From: Waddliaceae bacterium
GTDB taxonomy: Bacteria > Chlamydiota > Chlamydiia > Chlamydiales > SLFE01
DNA length: 64,000 nt
Direction of reading: 5' to 3'
Assembly: GCA_963771045.1 (NCBI GenBank)
Contig: CAVYRW010000004.1
Coordinates: 1,824,001-1,888,000 of the forward strand
In this document: piece after piece, positions 18,055-29,005 of the stretch
How positions within the stretch are numbered: position 1 is the first letter of the stretch
How the letters are laid out: every line of letters begins with the position of its first letter
Made by a program: the position numbers and the translations under genes
The notes under the pieces: model-generated
The model's input: only the letters and a program-made list of their open reading frames with translations
Database searches by the model: none
What the model was told of the DNA's origin: nothing

Positions 18055-19632
18055 CTACTTCTTTCGTTTTTCCAAGATAACCTCGAGCGGCCTGTCAAGT
18101 TCCTGGATAGGCACTCCCACACTCTTTATCATTTTAACTTCTTCAATATCATAGGCAAAAATTTCGGCGTCGCGTATCAGCTTCACAAGCGCCGCCTTGA
18201 TAGTCCCGGTCAGGGCAAGTTGTTTTCCGCAGCAAAAATGCGGTCCTGCATTGAATGTTTTCATCAGATTTTTGAGCTTTTTGCCATTCTCACTCTGAAA
18301 TCTATCGGGATTGAATTTATCCGGTTCATCGAAATGCTTGGGATCCCTTTGTGCAAGACGATGGATAAAGAAAATAATTGTTCCCGGGGGAATTTTTTTC
18401 CCTTCAAAGGTTAACTCTACCAGAGTCTTTCTCACTTCAACCGGTATCGGAGGATCAAGCCTCAAAGTTTCAATGACAAAACAGTCCAGCAGTTTTAAGT
18501 CATTAACTTGTTTATGGTCGATCTTATCGCCGCTTAAATTTTCTTTAATTTCTCGGTATAATTTTTTCTGCCACTCGGGATATAAAATCAGGTTCTTTAC
18601 GCAAGAAGCAATAGTAAATGCCGTTGTCCTCTGGCCGATCACTAAAATAAGCCTCACCATATCTTTAATCTCTTTCTCCGAAAAATTTTCCGAATCGAGC
18701 ATCTCTTCGATGATTCCCTTGATATCCTTGCCGCGGATCTGCTCAGAAGCGATATCAGAATGGCGGGCTTTTTCTGAAGCTTCATAGATTTTGTCTACAG
18801 CGCGGCTGAGAATCGCGCTGCTTTTTTGATATTCGGATTGGAAAAACAATTTGGGAACAAAAATGTCTGCCGCACGAGTAGCGTAATAATTAGGATGATA
18901 AAGCACAGAATAGCTGACAAATTGACCTGCCCCATTGACAGCATCGGGAACCTCATCCCAATCCGAGTTCGGAGTGCCGTCTTCATCGAAAACAAGCTTC
19001 CGAATTTCAGGGCTTGCTTTAGTCCCCGAGGGACCGCATAAGGCGACAACATTGGCTCGTGAGATATACTGCTCAATTTTTTCAGACAGATTGATCCTGA
19101 TCGGAGCCTTATCTGAAAAGCATTCGGCGTTAAAATAATCTTCGGCCGCCTGCCAAATATCCTTGAAATTCTTTTGAACGCTGTGGAGGCCAAAAGTATT
19201 TCCAGTACTAAGCTTTTTTAATTTGCGGTGCTGATAGGGGTCATCAGCCGTTAAAGGCCCAATGCCGATAGCGTGATCTCTGAAATCATCAAGTCCGGGA
19301 CCGCCTAAAAGTTCTTCCCCTTTCTTCCGGCTAAACAGATGCCAATACTTATATCTGGTAAACCCATAGGCCCCGAGCTGGTCTGCCATCGACAGTTTTT
19401 TCCAGGGAATCAATTCTTTTTCTTTATCATCCCAGAATTTTTCGACAAAGAAGTCAATTCCTCCGCTCTTCTGAGCGGCACTGAAAAAACAAATCGTATT
19501 CTCCCCCCAATCTATCGCCGGGGCCGCAAATTGCCATACTGTTTGGATGACTCGGTCCAATATGCCAGTTTGATTTTGCTCTCCACTCGCAAAAGGACAT
19601 CGCATGCCGCCTCTAACGGACTTCGGCTCCAT
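18055..19632 (-). CDS. Cytochrome P450
   Basis: ETLR (ExxR), FNPDRF (PERF), heme motif FNAGPHFCCG; ATG 19632 with GGAGG RBS. Confidence 0.9.
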   Translation of the reverse strand: MEPKSVRGGMRCPFASGEQNQTGILDRVIQTVWQFAAPAIDWGENTICFFSAAQKSGGIDFFVEKFWDDKEKELIPWKKLSMADQLGAYGFTRYKYWHLFSRKKGEELLGGPGLDDFRDHAIGIGPLTADDPYQHRKLKKLSTGNTFGLHSVQKNFKDIWQAAEDYFNAECFSDKAPIRINLSEKIEQYISRANVVALCGPSGTKASPEIRKLVFDEDGTPNSDWDEVPDAVNGAGQFVSYSVLYHPNYYATRAADIFVPKLFFQSEYQKSSAILSRAVDKIYEASEKARHSDIASEQIRGKDIKGIIEEMLDSENFSEKEIKDMVRLILVIGQRTTAFTIASCVKNLILYPEWQKKLYREIKENLSGDKIDHKQVNDLKLLDCFVIETLRLDPPIPVEVRKTLVELTFEGKKIPPGTIIFFIHRLAQRDPKHFDEPDKFNPDRFQSENGKKLKNLMKTFNAGPHFCCGKQLALTGTIKAALVKLIRDAEIFAYDIEEVKMIKSVGVPIQELDRPLEVILEKRKK

Positions 19633-19831
19633 AAAAACCTCCGTTTTGGATACATTAATAATGGATACCCCTATATAAAACAATAGATATTTTTCTTTTT
19701 AACAAAAAAAATTTAAAGTTTTTTTGTTAAAAAAAAACGATTCAACCCTTAGAAAGACTTTAATGTAAAATAGTTGAATATTTGAATGAGGAAAGGATTT
19801 AATGTATCTGAAAAATTAGCCTTCCTGCCCT

Positions 19832-19865
19832 TAGCGTCCAGCCTCAGATTAGGTCACAATCACGG
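19832..19865. repeat. Single arm of palindromic element family B
   Basis: TAGCGTCCAGCCTCAGATTAGGTCACAATCACGG is 33/34 identical to 37746-37779. Confidence 0.9.
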
Positions 19866-19947
19866 ATTTCACCCAGAATTTCTGCGGCAGGGAAATCTTT
19901 ATTGTTTCTAAATAATCATAATACTAGAATGGAATGAACTTAAATCA

Positions 19948-20922
19948 ATGCATTGGAGTATTATGATGAACATAAAAAGTCTGTTTATTACCTTTTTCGT
20001 AAGTGCTTTTTCTTTAACTGCCATGGCGGCAGCCGAATCCTCGATTGATCTGACTCCAAAATTCATCCAAGGCAACAACTACCTCTATGAAGGCAATGCC
20101 GACATACATGTCGTTCAAAAAATGCCTGAACCTCAAACCTGCGATATCAATTACCGGGGCACTATCAAAACCCGGCTCAATTATAGTATCGGCAAAGTTT
20201 ATTTGGACGGCGCAGCCGAGATCACTGCAACTTTAATCGATCCCACAATCAAGTTTTCTGTCGCATGCGAGGGCAAAGAAAGCCCTATGAACTTTCAGTT
20301 CAATTTTGATTCTTCGAAAAAATCGGACAACGAAATGAAAGAAGTTCAAGCGGGAAAAACAGCTCTGGACTGCTTAAACAATACCCCTTTTGTTTTTAAA
20401 GTATCTCCCCAAGGAAAAGTTCTGAGTGTGAACGGCGTGGATTCTTTCGCGGAAAAAATGCATCAAAAACTGACAGGCAGCAAGCTTCTCCTCGAAGATA
20501 CAAGCAAAGATCTTTGCACCATGATCACCCCCGGGGCACTGGAATTTTTTATGGGCCTGATCACTCAATTCCTTCCAGACCACCCCGTCAATGTCGGAGA
20601 CTCATGGGAAAAGCAAACTCAGCTTGGCAATATGAACATCAATCAAAATTGGACGCTTGACTCCGCTGGCGAAAAGGCCCTTGTCATCAAAGAAAAGACA
20701 ACGATCACCTTAAGTCAAGAGCAAAAATCTATGATTCCTTATGACTCTTTAAGCGGCGAAGAAACAGCAACGATCACTCTTGATCCCAAGGATAACTGGG
20801 TGCAATCGGGCGGCTCGCAAACCGAGTTTCAAGGCAAACAGTCGTTCAGCCTTCCCTCGGCTGATAAATCGCTTGAGATCGAAACGACAGTCACAGCCGA
20901 TGTGACTCTGAAGCGTTTGTGA
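19948..20922 (+). CDS. Secreted hypothetical protein (DUF6263-like, beta-rich)
   Basis: Signal peptide ending AMA; FKVSPQGKV and LPDHPVNVGDSW motifs; true start probably a few codons in. Confidence 0.55.
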   Translation: MHWSIMMNIKSLFITFFVSAFSLTAMAAAESSIDLTPKFIQGNNYLYEGNADIHVVQKMPEPQTCDINYRGTIKTRLNYSIGKVYLDGAAEITATLIDPTIKFSVACEGKESPMNFQFNFDSSKKSDNEMKEVQAGKTALDCLNNTPFVFKVSPQGKVLSVNGVDSFAEKMHQKLTGSKLLLEDTSKDLCTMITPGALEFFMGLITQFLPDHPVNVGDSWEKQTQLGNMNINQNWTLDSAGEKALVIKEKTTITLSQEQKSMIPYDSLSGEETATITLDPKDNWVQSGGSQTEFQGKQSFSLPSADKSLEIETTVTADVTLKRL

Positions 20923-20952
20923 AGAAAGTAGGAATCGAGTAAAAAGCGGGGT

Positions 20953-22369
20953 ATGTATGACCCCGCCCATTCGCACATCATCATTCATTACTTCCCTCAG
21001 CTTTTAGGCGTCGTGTACCTCTTTTTATTCTGGCCTTTCCTCTTCCAGATGAAAGGACTGTTTGGAAGAGAAGGCATCCTTCCGATCGCCGTCTATCTTG
21101 AAAATATCGGATACAGGCTAGGGAAAAAAGCCTTTTATTACTTGCCGACACTCTTTTGGTTTCACGCAGGCGATGCCGCCATCGCTGCTGTGCCTATCAT
21201 CGGGACCATCCTCTCAGTCCTTTTGATTTTCGGCATCGTCCCTGTAGTTCTACTTCCGATTCTGATGATCCTCCACCTCTCCATAATCGCGGCGGGACAG
21301 GAATTTTTGAGCTTCGGGTGGGAATCGTTTTTTATGGAGATCAGCTTTTACACTTTTTTGCTCATTTTAACTCCGTGCGCCAAATCTGATCGTCTGGTGG
21401 TGTCTCAATTTGCTCTTATTCCGCTTTCATTTCGAAGGGGGCATAAGCAAATTACTTTCAAGAGACGCCAACTGGCGCAATCTTACCGCTCTTAATTACC
21501 ACTACTTCACTCAGCCCATTCCCAATGCCGCGGCATGGTTTTTTCATAAACTCCCCATGGGGTTGCAAAAGCTGTCCTGCCTGATGATGTTTGTCATCCA
21601 AATCGGGGTAGCCTTCGTAATTTTCGGTACCGAAGAGATGCGGCTGGCCGCTTTTTTTGCCCTCTTCGGCCTGCAGCTTTTCATTTGGCTGACAGGAAAT
21701 TTCTCCTACCTCAACCACATGACCGCTCTTTTTTGCACTATCTTATTAAGCGACACCTATTTCAGGGCCATTTTAGGACAGGTCCCCTCTCCCTCCGAGA
21801 CCCCCTGGCCGGTCGATATTTTTTTCACAGCCTTGGGGGTTGTTCTGATCGCAGGACAGATTCTTCGCCTCTGGACCCACTTCTATTATGTCCCCGCAGT
21901 CAATAACCTTCTAAGAAAAGCAGCTCCGCTGCATATTCTCAACCGCTATGGCATATTCGCTGTGATGACCACCAAGAGGTATGAGATCACTATAGAGGGA
22001 AGCTATGATGGAGAAGAGTGGAAGGAATACAGCTTCAAATGGAAGCCTTCGGAAGTGGACCGCCGCCCAAGAAGGGTGTCGCCCTACCAGCCGCGTCTCG
22101 ACTGGCAGGTGTGGTTTCTTCCCTTTACGATGTTCGAGGCCGAACCTTGGTTCAAACAGTTTCTCTACCGGCTGCTGCAAGGCTCGCCGGCAGTTTTAAA
22201 ACTCCTCCGGCACAACCCCTTCCCCGATACCCCGCCGAAATATATTCGGACGGCCCTCTATGATTATGAATTCACATCCTGGAAAGAGTGGAGGGAAACC
22301 GGCAATTGGTGGAAGCGCACATTCTCCAGCTCTTACTCTCCCACATTTCATTTGGAAAAAAGGGATTAA
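20953..22369 (+). CDS. Lipase maturation factor (LMF1) family membrane protein, one frameshift
   Basis: GQEFLSFGWE, HYFTQPIPN, TGNFSYLN, YGIFAVMT, PYQPRLDWQVW; +1 shift near 21375 joins the two ORFs. Confidence 0.88.
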
Positions 22370-22403
22370 CTATGTTATGTGTTGAAGAAATTAAGGGGAA
22401 TTT

Positions 22404-24002
22404 ATGACTAAATCACTGGCAAAAGGTGTTGAAGTTAAGGGAAAACTCACTCCGGAATACGAGCAAATACTTACCAATGAGGCCCTTGCCTTTCTTGCCA
22501 AACTACACCATCGGTTCAATAAGCGGCGGCTCTCTTTGCTCGATGAACGGGTAGACAGGCAGCTACAGCTCAATCAGGGGGCAAAGCCCTCTTTTCTGCC
22601 GGAAACCGAGCATATCCGCAAGAATGCCAACTGGGTCGTGGCCGAAACTCCTCAGGACCTTCAAAGACGGCGGGTAGAGATCACGGGCCCTACTGAAAGG
22701 AAGATGCTGATCAACGCTTTAAACTCCGGCGCCGATGTGTTTATGGCCGACTGCGAAGATGCCAACTCCCCAACCTGGGACAATATGGTGCAGGGACAAA
22801 TCAATCTGCGCGATGCAGTAAATGAAACTGTTTCTTTCACAAACCCTGAAGGAAAACAATATACATTAAACAAAGACCATGCCGTACTCCTTCTCAGACC
22901 AAGGGGGTGGCATCTAAACGAAAAGCATGTACTGATCGACGGCAAAGAAATTTCGGGATCGCTTTTCGACTTCGGCCTCTATTTCTTCCACAACGCGGAA
23001 AATCTGATCAAAAAGGGCTCGGGCCCCTACTTTTACCTCCCTAAACTTGAGAGCCACCTCGAAGCCCGCCTCTGGAACGATGTCTTTGTCTTTGCCCAGG
23101 AAGAATTGGAAATTTCTCACGGGACAATCCGCGCCACCGTGCTTGTCGAAACAATACTTGCCGTCTTCGAGATGGAAGAGATCCTCTACGAACTCCGCCA
23201 CCACAGCGCGGGGTTGAACGCGGGACGGTGGGACTACATTTTCAGCGTCATTAAAAAATTCCGCAGGCAAAGCTTCTGCCTGCCCAACCGCGATCAGATC
23301 ACTATGACCGTTCCATTTATGCGAGCCTACACGGAACTTCTCGTCAAATCCTGCCACAAACGCGCCGCGCACGCCATGGGCGGCATGGCGGCCTTTATCC
23401 CCAACAGAAAAGATCCGGAAGTGACTGAAAAAGCTTTGAGAAAAGTACACGAAGACAAGCTGCTAGAAGCAAAAGACGGCTTCGACGGCACCTGGGTCGC
23501 CCATCCCGACCTCGTCGCTGTCGCCATGGAAATTTTTGATGAATGTCTCGGGAAAAAACCCCATCAAAAAGAGCGCCTCCGAGACGATGTGAAAGTGGCC
23601 GCGGACGATCTGCTCAATTTCGATGTTCCCGGAGGGACTATCACCGAAGAGGGCTTAAGGCACAATATCAATGTCGGCCTTCAATACATTGCCTCATGGC
23701 TAAGAGGCACCGGCGCTGCCGCTATTTACAACCTGATGGAAGATGCCGCCACCGCTGAAATTTCCCGTGCGCAGGTATGGCAATGGCTAGTGAATGAAGC
23801 CAAACTCGAAAGCGGCTCAACAGTCACTAAAGATCTGGTCAAAAAACTCATTATCGAAGAGCTGGAAAAAATCAAATCACTCTACGGCAAACATTTTGAC
23901 CAAAACAACTTCAATCGGGCCAAAGAAGTTTTTGAGAAACTTGTCTTTGCAGAAAAATTTATCGAGTTTCTCACTTTGACCGCCTATAAGGAGTTATCTT
24001 AA
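22404..24002 (+). CDS. aceB: Malate synthase A
   Basis: [60 protein letters not shown]. Confidence 0.97.
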   Translation: MTKSLAKGVEVKGKLTPEYEQILTNEALAFLAKLHHRFNKRRLSLLDERVDRQLQLNQGAKPSFLPETEHIRKNANWVVAETPQDLQRRRVEITGPTERKMLINALNSGADVFMADCEDANSPTWDNMVQGQINLRDAVNETVSFTNPEGKQYTLNKDHAVLLLRPRGWHLNEKHVLIDGKEISGSLFDFGLYFFHNAENLIKKGSGPYFYLPKLESHLEARLWNDVFVFAQEELEISHGTIRATVLVETILAVFEMEEILYELRHHSAGLNAGRWDYIFSVIKKFRRQSFCLPNRDQITMTVPFMRAYTELLVKSCHKRAAHAMGGMAAFIPNRKDPEVTEKALRKVHEDKLLEAKDGFDGTWVAHPDLVAVAMEIFDECLGKKPHQKERLRDDVKVAADDLLNFDVPGGTITEEGLRHNINVGLQYIASWLRGTGAAAIYNLMEDAATAEISRAQVWQWLVNEAKLESGSTVTKDLVKKLIIEELEKIKSLYGKHFDQNNFNRAKEVFEKLVFAEKFIEFLTLTAYKELS

Positions 24003-24003
24003 G

Positions 24004-25284
24004 ATGTATAATGAAGAAGATGTCAAAAAGCTTGCAAAGGAGTGGAAGACCAATTCTCGATGGGACGGCATCCATCGTCCCTATGGGGCCGAAAAGGTGG
24101 TCAAACTGAGAGGGTCGCTTCTCATCGATTATCCCCTAGCCCGCATGGGAGCCGAAAAACTCTGGAAGCTCCTGAAAAAAGAACCGTTTATCCGGTCGCT
24201 TGGAGCTATGACAGGCCTTCAGGCTGTCCAGCAGGTGCAGGCGGGCCTTAAGGCAATTTATGTGAGCGGCTGGCAGATAGCCGCCGATGCCAACGACGCG
24301 ATGCAGACCTACCCTGATCAAAGCCTTTATCCCACACTAAGCGCCCCCCATCTCATTTACCGCATTACAAACGCCCTCCGCCGCGCCGACCAGATTCAGC
24401 ACATAGAAAATAATACCCACATCGACTGGTTCGTCCCCATCGTCGCCGACGCCGAAGCCGGATTCGGAGGCCCCCTCAATACTTTCGAGCTGATCAAGGC
24501 CATGATTGAAGCCGGCGCCGCCGCCATCCATCTCGAAGACCAACTTTCTTCCCTCAAGAAATGCGGCCACATGGGCGGCAAAGTTCTTGTCCCTTTAAAC
24601 GACTGGATCGAAAAGCTGGCCACCGCCAGGCTTGCTGCAGACGTGATGGGCATCCCGACCCTGATTATAGCCAGAACCGACGCGCACTCCGCCCACCTTA
24701 TCCGCTCGGGATTTGACGAAGGCGACAAGCGTTTTTTGACAGGCGAGCGCTCCCCGGAAGGGCACTGGTTTATCAAAGGGGGCGTTCCTTTTGCTGTCGA
24801 ACGAGGCCTTGCCGCCGCCCCCTACTCCGATGTTATCTGGTGTGAAACCCCGACCCCGGACCTTGGCGAGGCCAAAGAGTTCGCCGAAGGAATTCATGAA
24901 AAGTATCCCGGAAAATGGCTCGCCTATAACTGCTCGCCGTCATTCAACTGGAAAGCCAACTTAGACGACAATCAAATCGCAACTTTTCAGGAAAAGCTCG
25001 GCGAGATGGGCTACAAATACCAATTTGTCACCCTTGCCGGCTTCCACACGCTCAACGCAAGCATGTTCGACCTTGCCCATAGCTACGCCAAAAAGGGAAT
25101 GGCCGCCTACTCCAAGTTTCAACAGCATGAGTTTAAGCTGCAGAGCGAAGCGGGTTTTTCCGCCATCAAACACCAACAGTTTGTCGGCACCGGCTACTAC
25201 GACGAAGTGCAAAACACCATCGCCGGCCATAAAGTCTCCACTGCAGCCCTCACCGGCTCCACAGAAGAGCAGCAGTTTAAGTGA
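24004..25284 (+). CDS. aceA: Isocitrate lyase
   Basis: KKCGHMGGK active-site motif, [32 protein letters not shown]. Confidence 0.97.
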   Translation: MYNEEDVKKLAKEWKTNSRWDGIHRPYGAEKVVKLRGSLLIDYPLARMGAEKLWKLLKKEPFIRSLGAMTGLQAVQQVQAGLKAIYVSGWQIAADANDAMQTYPDQSLYPTLSAPHLIYRITNALRRADQIQHIENNTHIDWFVPIVADAEAGFGGPLNTFELIKAMIEAGAAAIHLEDQLSSLKKCGHMGGKVLVPLNDWIEKLATARLAADVMGIPTLIIARTDAHSAHLIRSGFDEGDKRFLTGERSPEGHWFIKGGVPFAVERGLAAAPYSDVIWCETPTPDLGEAKEFAEGIHEKYPGKWLAYNCSPSFNWKANLDDNQIATFQEKLGEMGYKYQFVTLAGFHTLNASMFDLAHSYAKKGMAAYSKFQQHEFKLQSEAGFSAIKHQQFVGTGYYDEVQNTIAGHKVSTAALTGSTEEQQFK

Positions 25285-25300
25285 TCAATTAAAGATCGAT

Positions 25301-26569
25301 TTACTTTTTCCTGAAAAACTTTCGGTAGATAAATTCTATGATAACGGAAAGAGCGATCATGACCGCAAGAATGAGAAGTTTTAAAGGATGAGTGCCAAAG
25401 GCATACCAGCATAGCGTCCCCAACGCTCCGAGGCATACTACAGCTCCCAGTCCCGACAGCCATCCGAGGGATTTGGTATTTTTGTGCAGCTTCATGTTCG
25501 CCGCATTCACTGCGGCAAAAATAATCAGGAAGCCTGAGCTTCCCATCATCGAAATGCTTTGAAGGTCGAAAAGATTGACAACCAAAAGCGATAGACCTGT
25601 AGTCAACAGAAGGCCTTCGATAGGCCTGTTCCAGACTTTGTGTTCCAAAAATTCCGGAAGCTCCCCTTCTGCGGCAATGGTGTAACTAATGCGGGCAGTC
25701 CCATAGAGGGTGGCATTGATAGCCGATCCTGTCGAAAGCAGAGCGGCTATTGTGATCAGAAAAAAACCGGCACTTCCAAAAAAGGGCTTGGCGCTTTCGG
25801 CAAGGGCGTAATCCCTGGCTGAAACGATTTTCTCAACCGAAAGGTTGCCGACTGCCACTGCCGAAATTCCGACATAGAGAAGAATGACAAACAGGACGCA
25901 GGTTAAAAATGCCGGCGGCAAAATTCTTTTAGGGTCGGAAACGTCTTGAGCAGTATTGGCTATCAGCTCAAAACCCTCATAGGCCAGAAAAATAATCATC
26001 CCTCCCGACACTAGTCTGGCAGGCGAGGTCCACTCCGAAGGCGCCAAATTACCGAGCTTGACGCTGGCTATGCCTGCGGCAATGAACAGCAGGAGAATGA
26101 CGAGCTTCAATCCCACAATCCACTCTTCAGCCTCCCCCACAACTTTTGCCTCCCCGATGTTCAGAAGAGTAAAGAGGACGATCACCAGATTCATGAGGAG
26201 GTATTTGCCGGCAGTATGCCAGCTATCGGGCAGCCAGCTTGCCCCGTAGCTGCCGAAAGCATAAGCATAAAGAGCGATCATAATGATGTAACTGAGCCAC
26301 AAAAGGATATTTAGGCTGCCTGTAACCATATTAGCCTCAAAAGCCCGGTTAAGATAGTCGACTGTGCCGCCTCGGCTCGGATAGCGAACGGATAGCCGTG
26401 CATAGGAATAAGATGTGAGGAGAGCGACAAGCCCCGCAATGAGAAAGGCGATGGGTGTTCCTCCATGCGCGAGTTCAACGGCTAGGCCAAGCACCGCAAA
26501 GATACCACCGCCCACCATCCCTCCAATACCGATAGAGACAACTTCAAAAAAACCGATTTTTCGACTCAT
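25301..26569 (-). CDS. APC-family amino acid permease
   Basis: GGMVGGGIF, FLAYEGFE, about 12 hydrophobic segments. Confidence 0.88.
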   Translation of the reverse strand: MSRKIGFFEVVSIGIGGMVGGGIFAVLGLAVELAHGGTPIAFLIAGLVALLTSYSYARLSVRYPSRGGTVDYLNRAFEANMVTGSLNILLWLSYIIMIALYAYAFGSYGASWLPDSWHTAGKYLLMNLVIVLFTLLNIGEAKVVGEAEEWIVGLKLVILLLFIAAGIASVKLGNLAPSEWTSPARLVSGGMIIFLAYEGFELIANTAQDVSDPKRILPPAFLTCVLFVILLYVGISAVAVGNLSVEKIVSARDYALAESAKPFFGSAGFFLITIAALLSTGSAINATLYGTARISYTIAAEGELPEFLEHKVWNRPIEGLLLTTGLSLLVVNLFDLQSISMMGSSGFLIIFAAVNAANMKLHKNTKSLGWLSGLGAVVCLGALGTLCWYAFGTHPLKLLILAVMIALSVIIEFIYRKFFRKK

Positions 26570-26636
26570 AAACCATAGAATCCTAACTTATCCATTTAGT
26601 TGCAATTTCAAATCCCCTTGTGATAGAAAAAGTTTT

Positions 26637-28073
26637 ATGCCATTAAAAAAACTCTTGCCGATTCTCGGAATCTTTTTTAGCTTGCAGTGCCTTCATGCCG
26701 GGGGCTGCACTCTGCTTGACCTGGCAATGCGCGATGCCGAGAGCATCGCCATGGAAAATAATAACGATATCAAAACCCTCCAGCAGCTTGTCGGGAAGGC
26801 GCGGGAAGGGCGCCTCGAGGCGATATCCAAATGGTTTCCCCAAGTCTATCTGATCAGCTCAGGCTACAAGACAGAAAAACGGCAGATGTTCACAGGCGTC
26901 CACAGCGCTTTCTTAAGCCAGTTTTATATTTCTCAGGCCCTTTTTTCTACCGAAAGATATTTCAACTTGCGTATATCTGCTCTTGTCGTTCAGCAACTTA
27001 AACTTCTTTTAGAAGCGATGATCATCGATGTTCTCTTCGAAGTGAGAGCCGCGTATTACCAGGTTGTCCTCGACTATCTCAATATCGAAACGGCCAAGAT
27101 CAACATCGACCTGTTTGTCGATCTGTCGGAAAAGCAGGAAAGCAAATATCAAATCGGCACCTCTATCTTGCTCAATGTCAATCAAAGCCTTGTGAATGTC
27201 GCCAATGCAACGAAAGCCTATTACGATGCTTCCAAGCGGCTCAAAGTCGATCTCGACTACCTCGTGCAGGTTCTCGGTTATAACCCCGGAACCGTCGACA
27301 TCACCATCGGAGAGAAGGAAATTCCGATTATGAAGATTCAAGAGATTGCCTCAAAAATCGACAGGGTCGATAAGGTCTTCACCAAAAGCGACGATGGAGG
27401 GCTGATTTTCAACAAGGGATTTCCCGAAACGCAGCAGATTCTGATGAACCGCCTCTTCACACAAAATGAAGTCTCCTGCTGGGAAAACCTTGCGCTGATG
27501 TACCGGCCCACGCTGCGCTCCCAAGCCACAGAGGTCAGCATCGCCTCGGAATATATCAGTAAGAGACGGGGGGAATTCCTCCCTGAAGTCAGCCTTGAGG
27601 CGAACTATGGAGGAACACCGACGCAAATGCTCGACAATCCTTCGGGAAGTTTTCTCAATCAAAAGTTCGATTGGGGCATCGGCTACCGCATCAACTGGCT
27701 GATCTGGGACAGCCTGGGGCGCGACCACCGCATTCGCGAAGCGATGTATGAAAAATCCGCAAAACAGTATGAATACTGCAAAGGGGTGCAGGTCGCCTAC
27801 GCCGACGTCAGGCGCCAGATCTTCGAAATCGAAGATTCTGTTGCCAACTATGTCACCTCGGTATCCAGTGTAAAGCTGGCGGAGGAGACGGTGCAGCTGG
27901 CAAAAAACTCCCTGAATATCGGCTATATCAATGTCTTCGACTATCAAATTGTAGTCGACGGATTGATCCAGGCGCTGTATACAAGAGACGAGTCGAAGTT
28001 TGATTTAATCAAAGGCTACTTCGGACTGATACACGCGTCTGGTGCCGACCTTATTTGCGAGCGTGGAAACTGA
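26637..28073 (+). CDS. TolC-family outer-membrane efflux protein
   Basis: Signal peptide from ATG 26637; OEP-like repeats (AMENNNDI, EVRAAYY, EFLPEVSL); coupled to an EmrA-like gene. Confidence 0.82.
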   Translation: MPLKKLLPILGIFFSLQCLHAGGCTLLDLAMRDAESIAMENNNDIKTLQQLVGKAREGRLEAISKWFPQVYLISSGYKTEKRQMFTGVHSAFLSQFYISQALFSTERYFNLRISALVVQQLKLLLEAMIIDVLFEVRAAYYQVVLDYLNIETAKINIDLFVDLSEKQESKYQIGTSILLNVNQSLVNVANATKAYYDASKRLKVDLDYLVQVLGYNPGTVDITIGEKEIPIMKIQEIASKIDRVDKVFTKSDDGGLIFNKGFPETQQILMNRLFTQNEVSCWENLALMYRPTLRSQATEVSIASEYISKRRGEFLPEVSLEANYGGTPTQMLDNPSGSFLNQKFDWGIGYRINWLIWDSLGRDHRIREAMYEKSAKQYEYCKGVQVAYADVRRQIFEIEDSVANYVTSVSSVKLAEETVQLAKNSLNIGYINVFDYQIVVDGLIQALYTRDESKFDLIKGYFGLIHASGADLICERGN

Positions 28074-29005
28074 TGGAAGAGGCGATAAAAAAACAAAACT
28101 ACACAATTCATTTCGTGATGACGCTGGGGTTTATTGCCCTAAGCGTTTTGATTGTGGCCTTCCTTTTCTGGTTTTTCTCCTGGCGGTATTATGTTTGGAC
28201 CAATGACGCCAACATCGAGGCCTATGGCAGCGACCTTGGCGCCAACGTCACCGAACGGGTCGTCGGCGTTTACGCAGACGAGGGCGACATGGTGCAGGAG
28301 GGAGAGCTTCTCGTCCAGCTGGAAAACAACGTCCCCCTTGCGCAAAAAGCCGAAGTTGAAGCGGAAATCGTCTCTCTGGAGCAGCAGATTATGGTCAGAG
28401 ACGCCTACTATCAAAAAATTAGAAACGATTATATCCGCGCCGAAGAAGGAATTGCCGATCTGGTGATCTCCGCGCAGGAATTCGACCACAAGCAAAAAGA
28501 CTTTGAAATGGCGGACGCCGAACTCAAACTTGCCCTGGCGAATCTGGAGCTTTCCAAAAAGAAACTCGAGGTCATTAATGCTAAGCTCACTCACTATTCC
28601 GTTCACGCTCCGGGCAATGGCATGGTGTCGAAGAGGTGGATCTGGTATGGAGACGTCACCTCACCGGGACAGAGCATGTTCACCATTTACGATCTCGACA
28701 ATGTCTGGGTACTTGCGAGGCTCGAAGAGGAAAAAATCGAAAATGTCAGACTAGGCGCCGAGGTCGAAATCACTGTCGACAGCTACCCGGGATGGCTCTT
28801 CAAAGGAGAGGTTTTCTCGATCAACGGAGCGGCGGCCTCGAATTTTTCGCTCGTTCCCCAAAACAACGCTACAGGAAACTACACAAAGGTCGCCCAGAGA
28901 ATTCCCATCAAAATTTCCATCCGGCGGCCGGAAAATTTTCCCAAAGACCAGCCACTCTATTTATTCCCCGGAATGCAAGTTGAAGTATGGATAAGAAAAC
29001 CATAA
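28073..29005 (+). CDS. emrA: EmrA/HlyD-family membrane fusion protein
   Basis: TNDANI, FSLVPQNNATGNYTKVAQRIPIKI, LFPGM. Confidence 0.88.
   Translation: MEEAIKKQNYTIHFVMTLGFIALSVLIVAFLFWFFSWRYYVWTNDANIEAYGSDLGANVTERVVGVYADEGDMVQEGELLVQLENNVPLAQKAEVEAEIVSLEQQIMVRDAYYQKIRNDYIRAEEGIADLVISAQEFDHKQKDFEMADAELKLALANLELSKKKLEVINAKLTHYSVHAPGNGMVSKRWIWYGDVTSPGQSMFTIYDLDNVWVLARLEEEKIENVRLGAEVEITVDSYPGWLFKGEVFSINGAAASNFSLVPQNNATGNYTKVAQRIPIKISIRRPENFPKDQPLYLFPGMQVEVWIRKP

Noticed and set aside
26415..26636. 74-aa N-terminal extension of the second TolC
   Set aside because: Overlaps the antisense APC permease; the signal peptide starts at ATG 26637.
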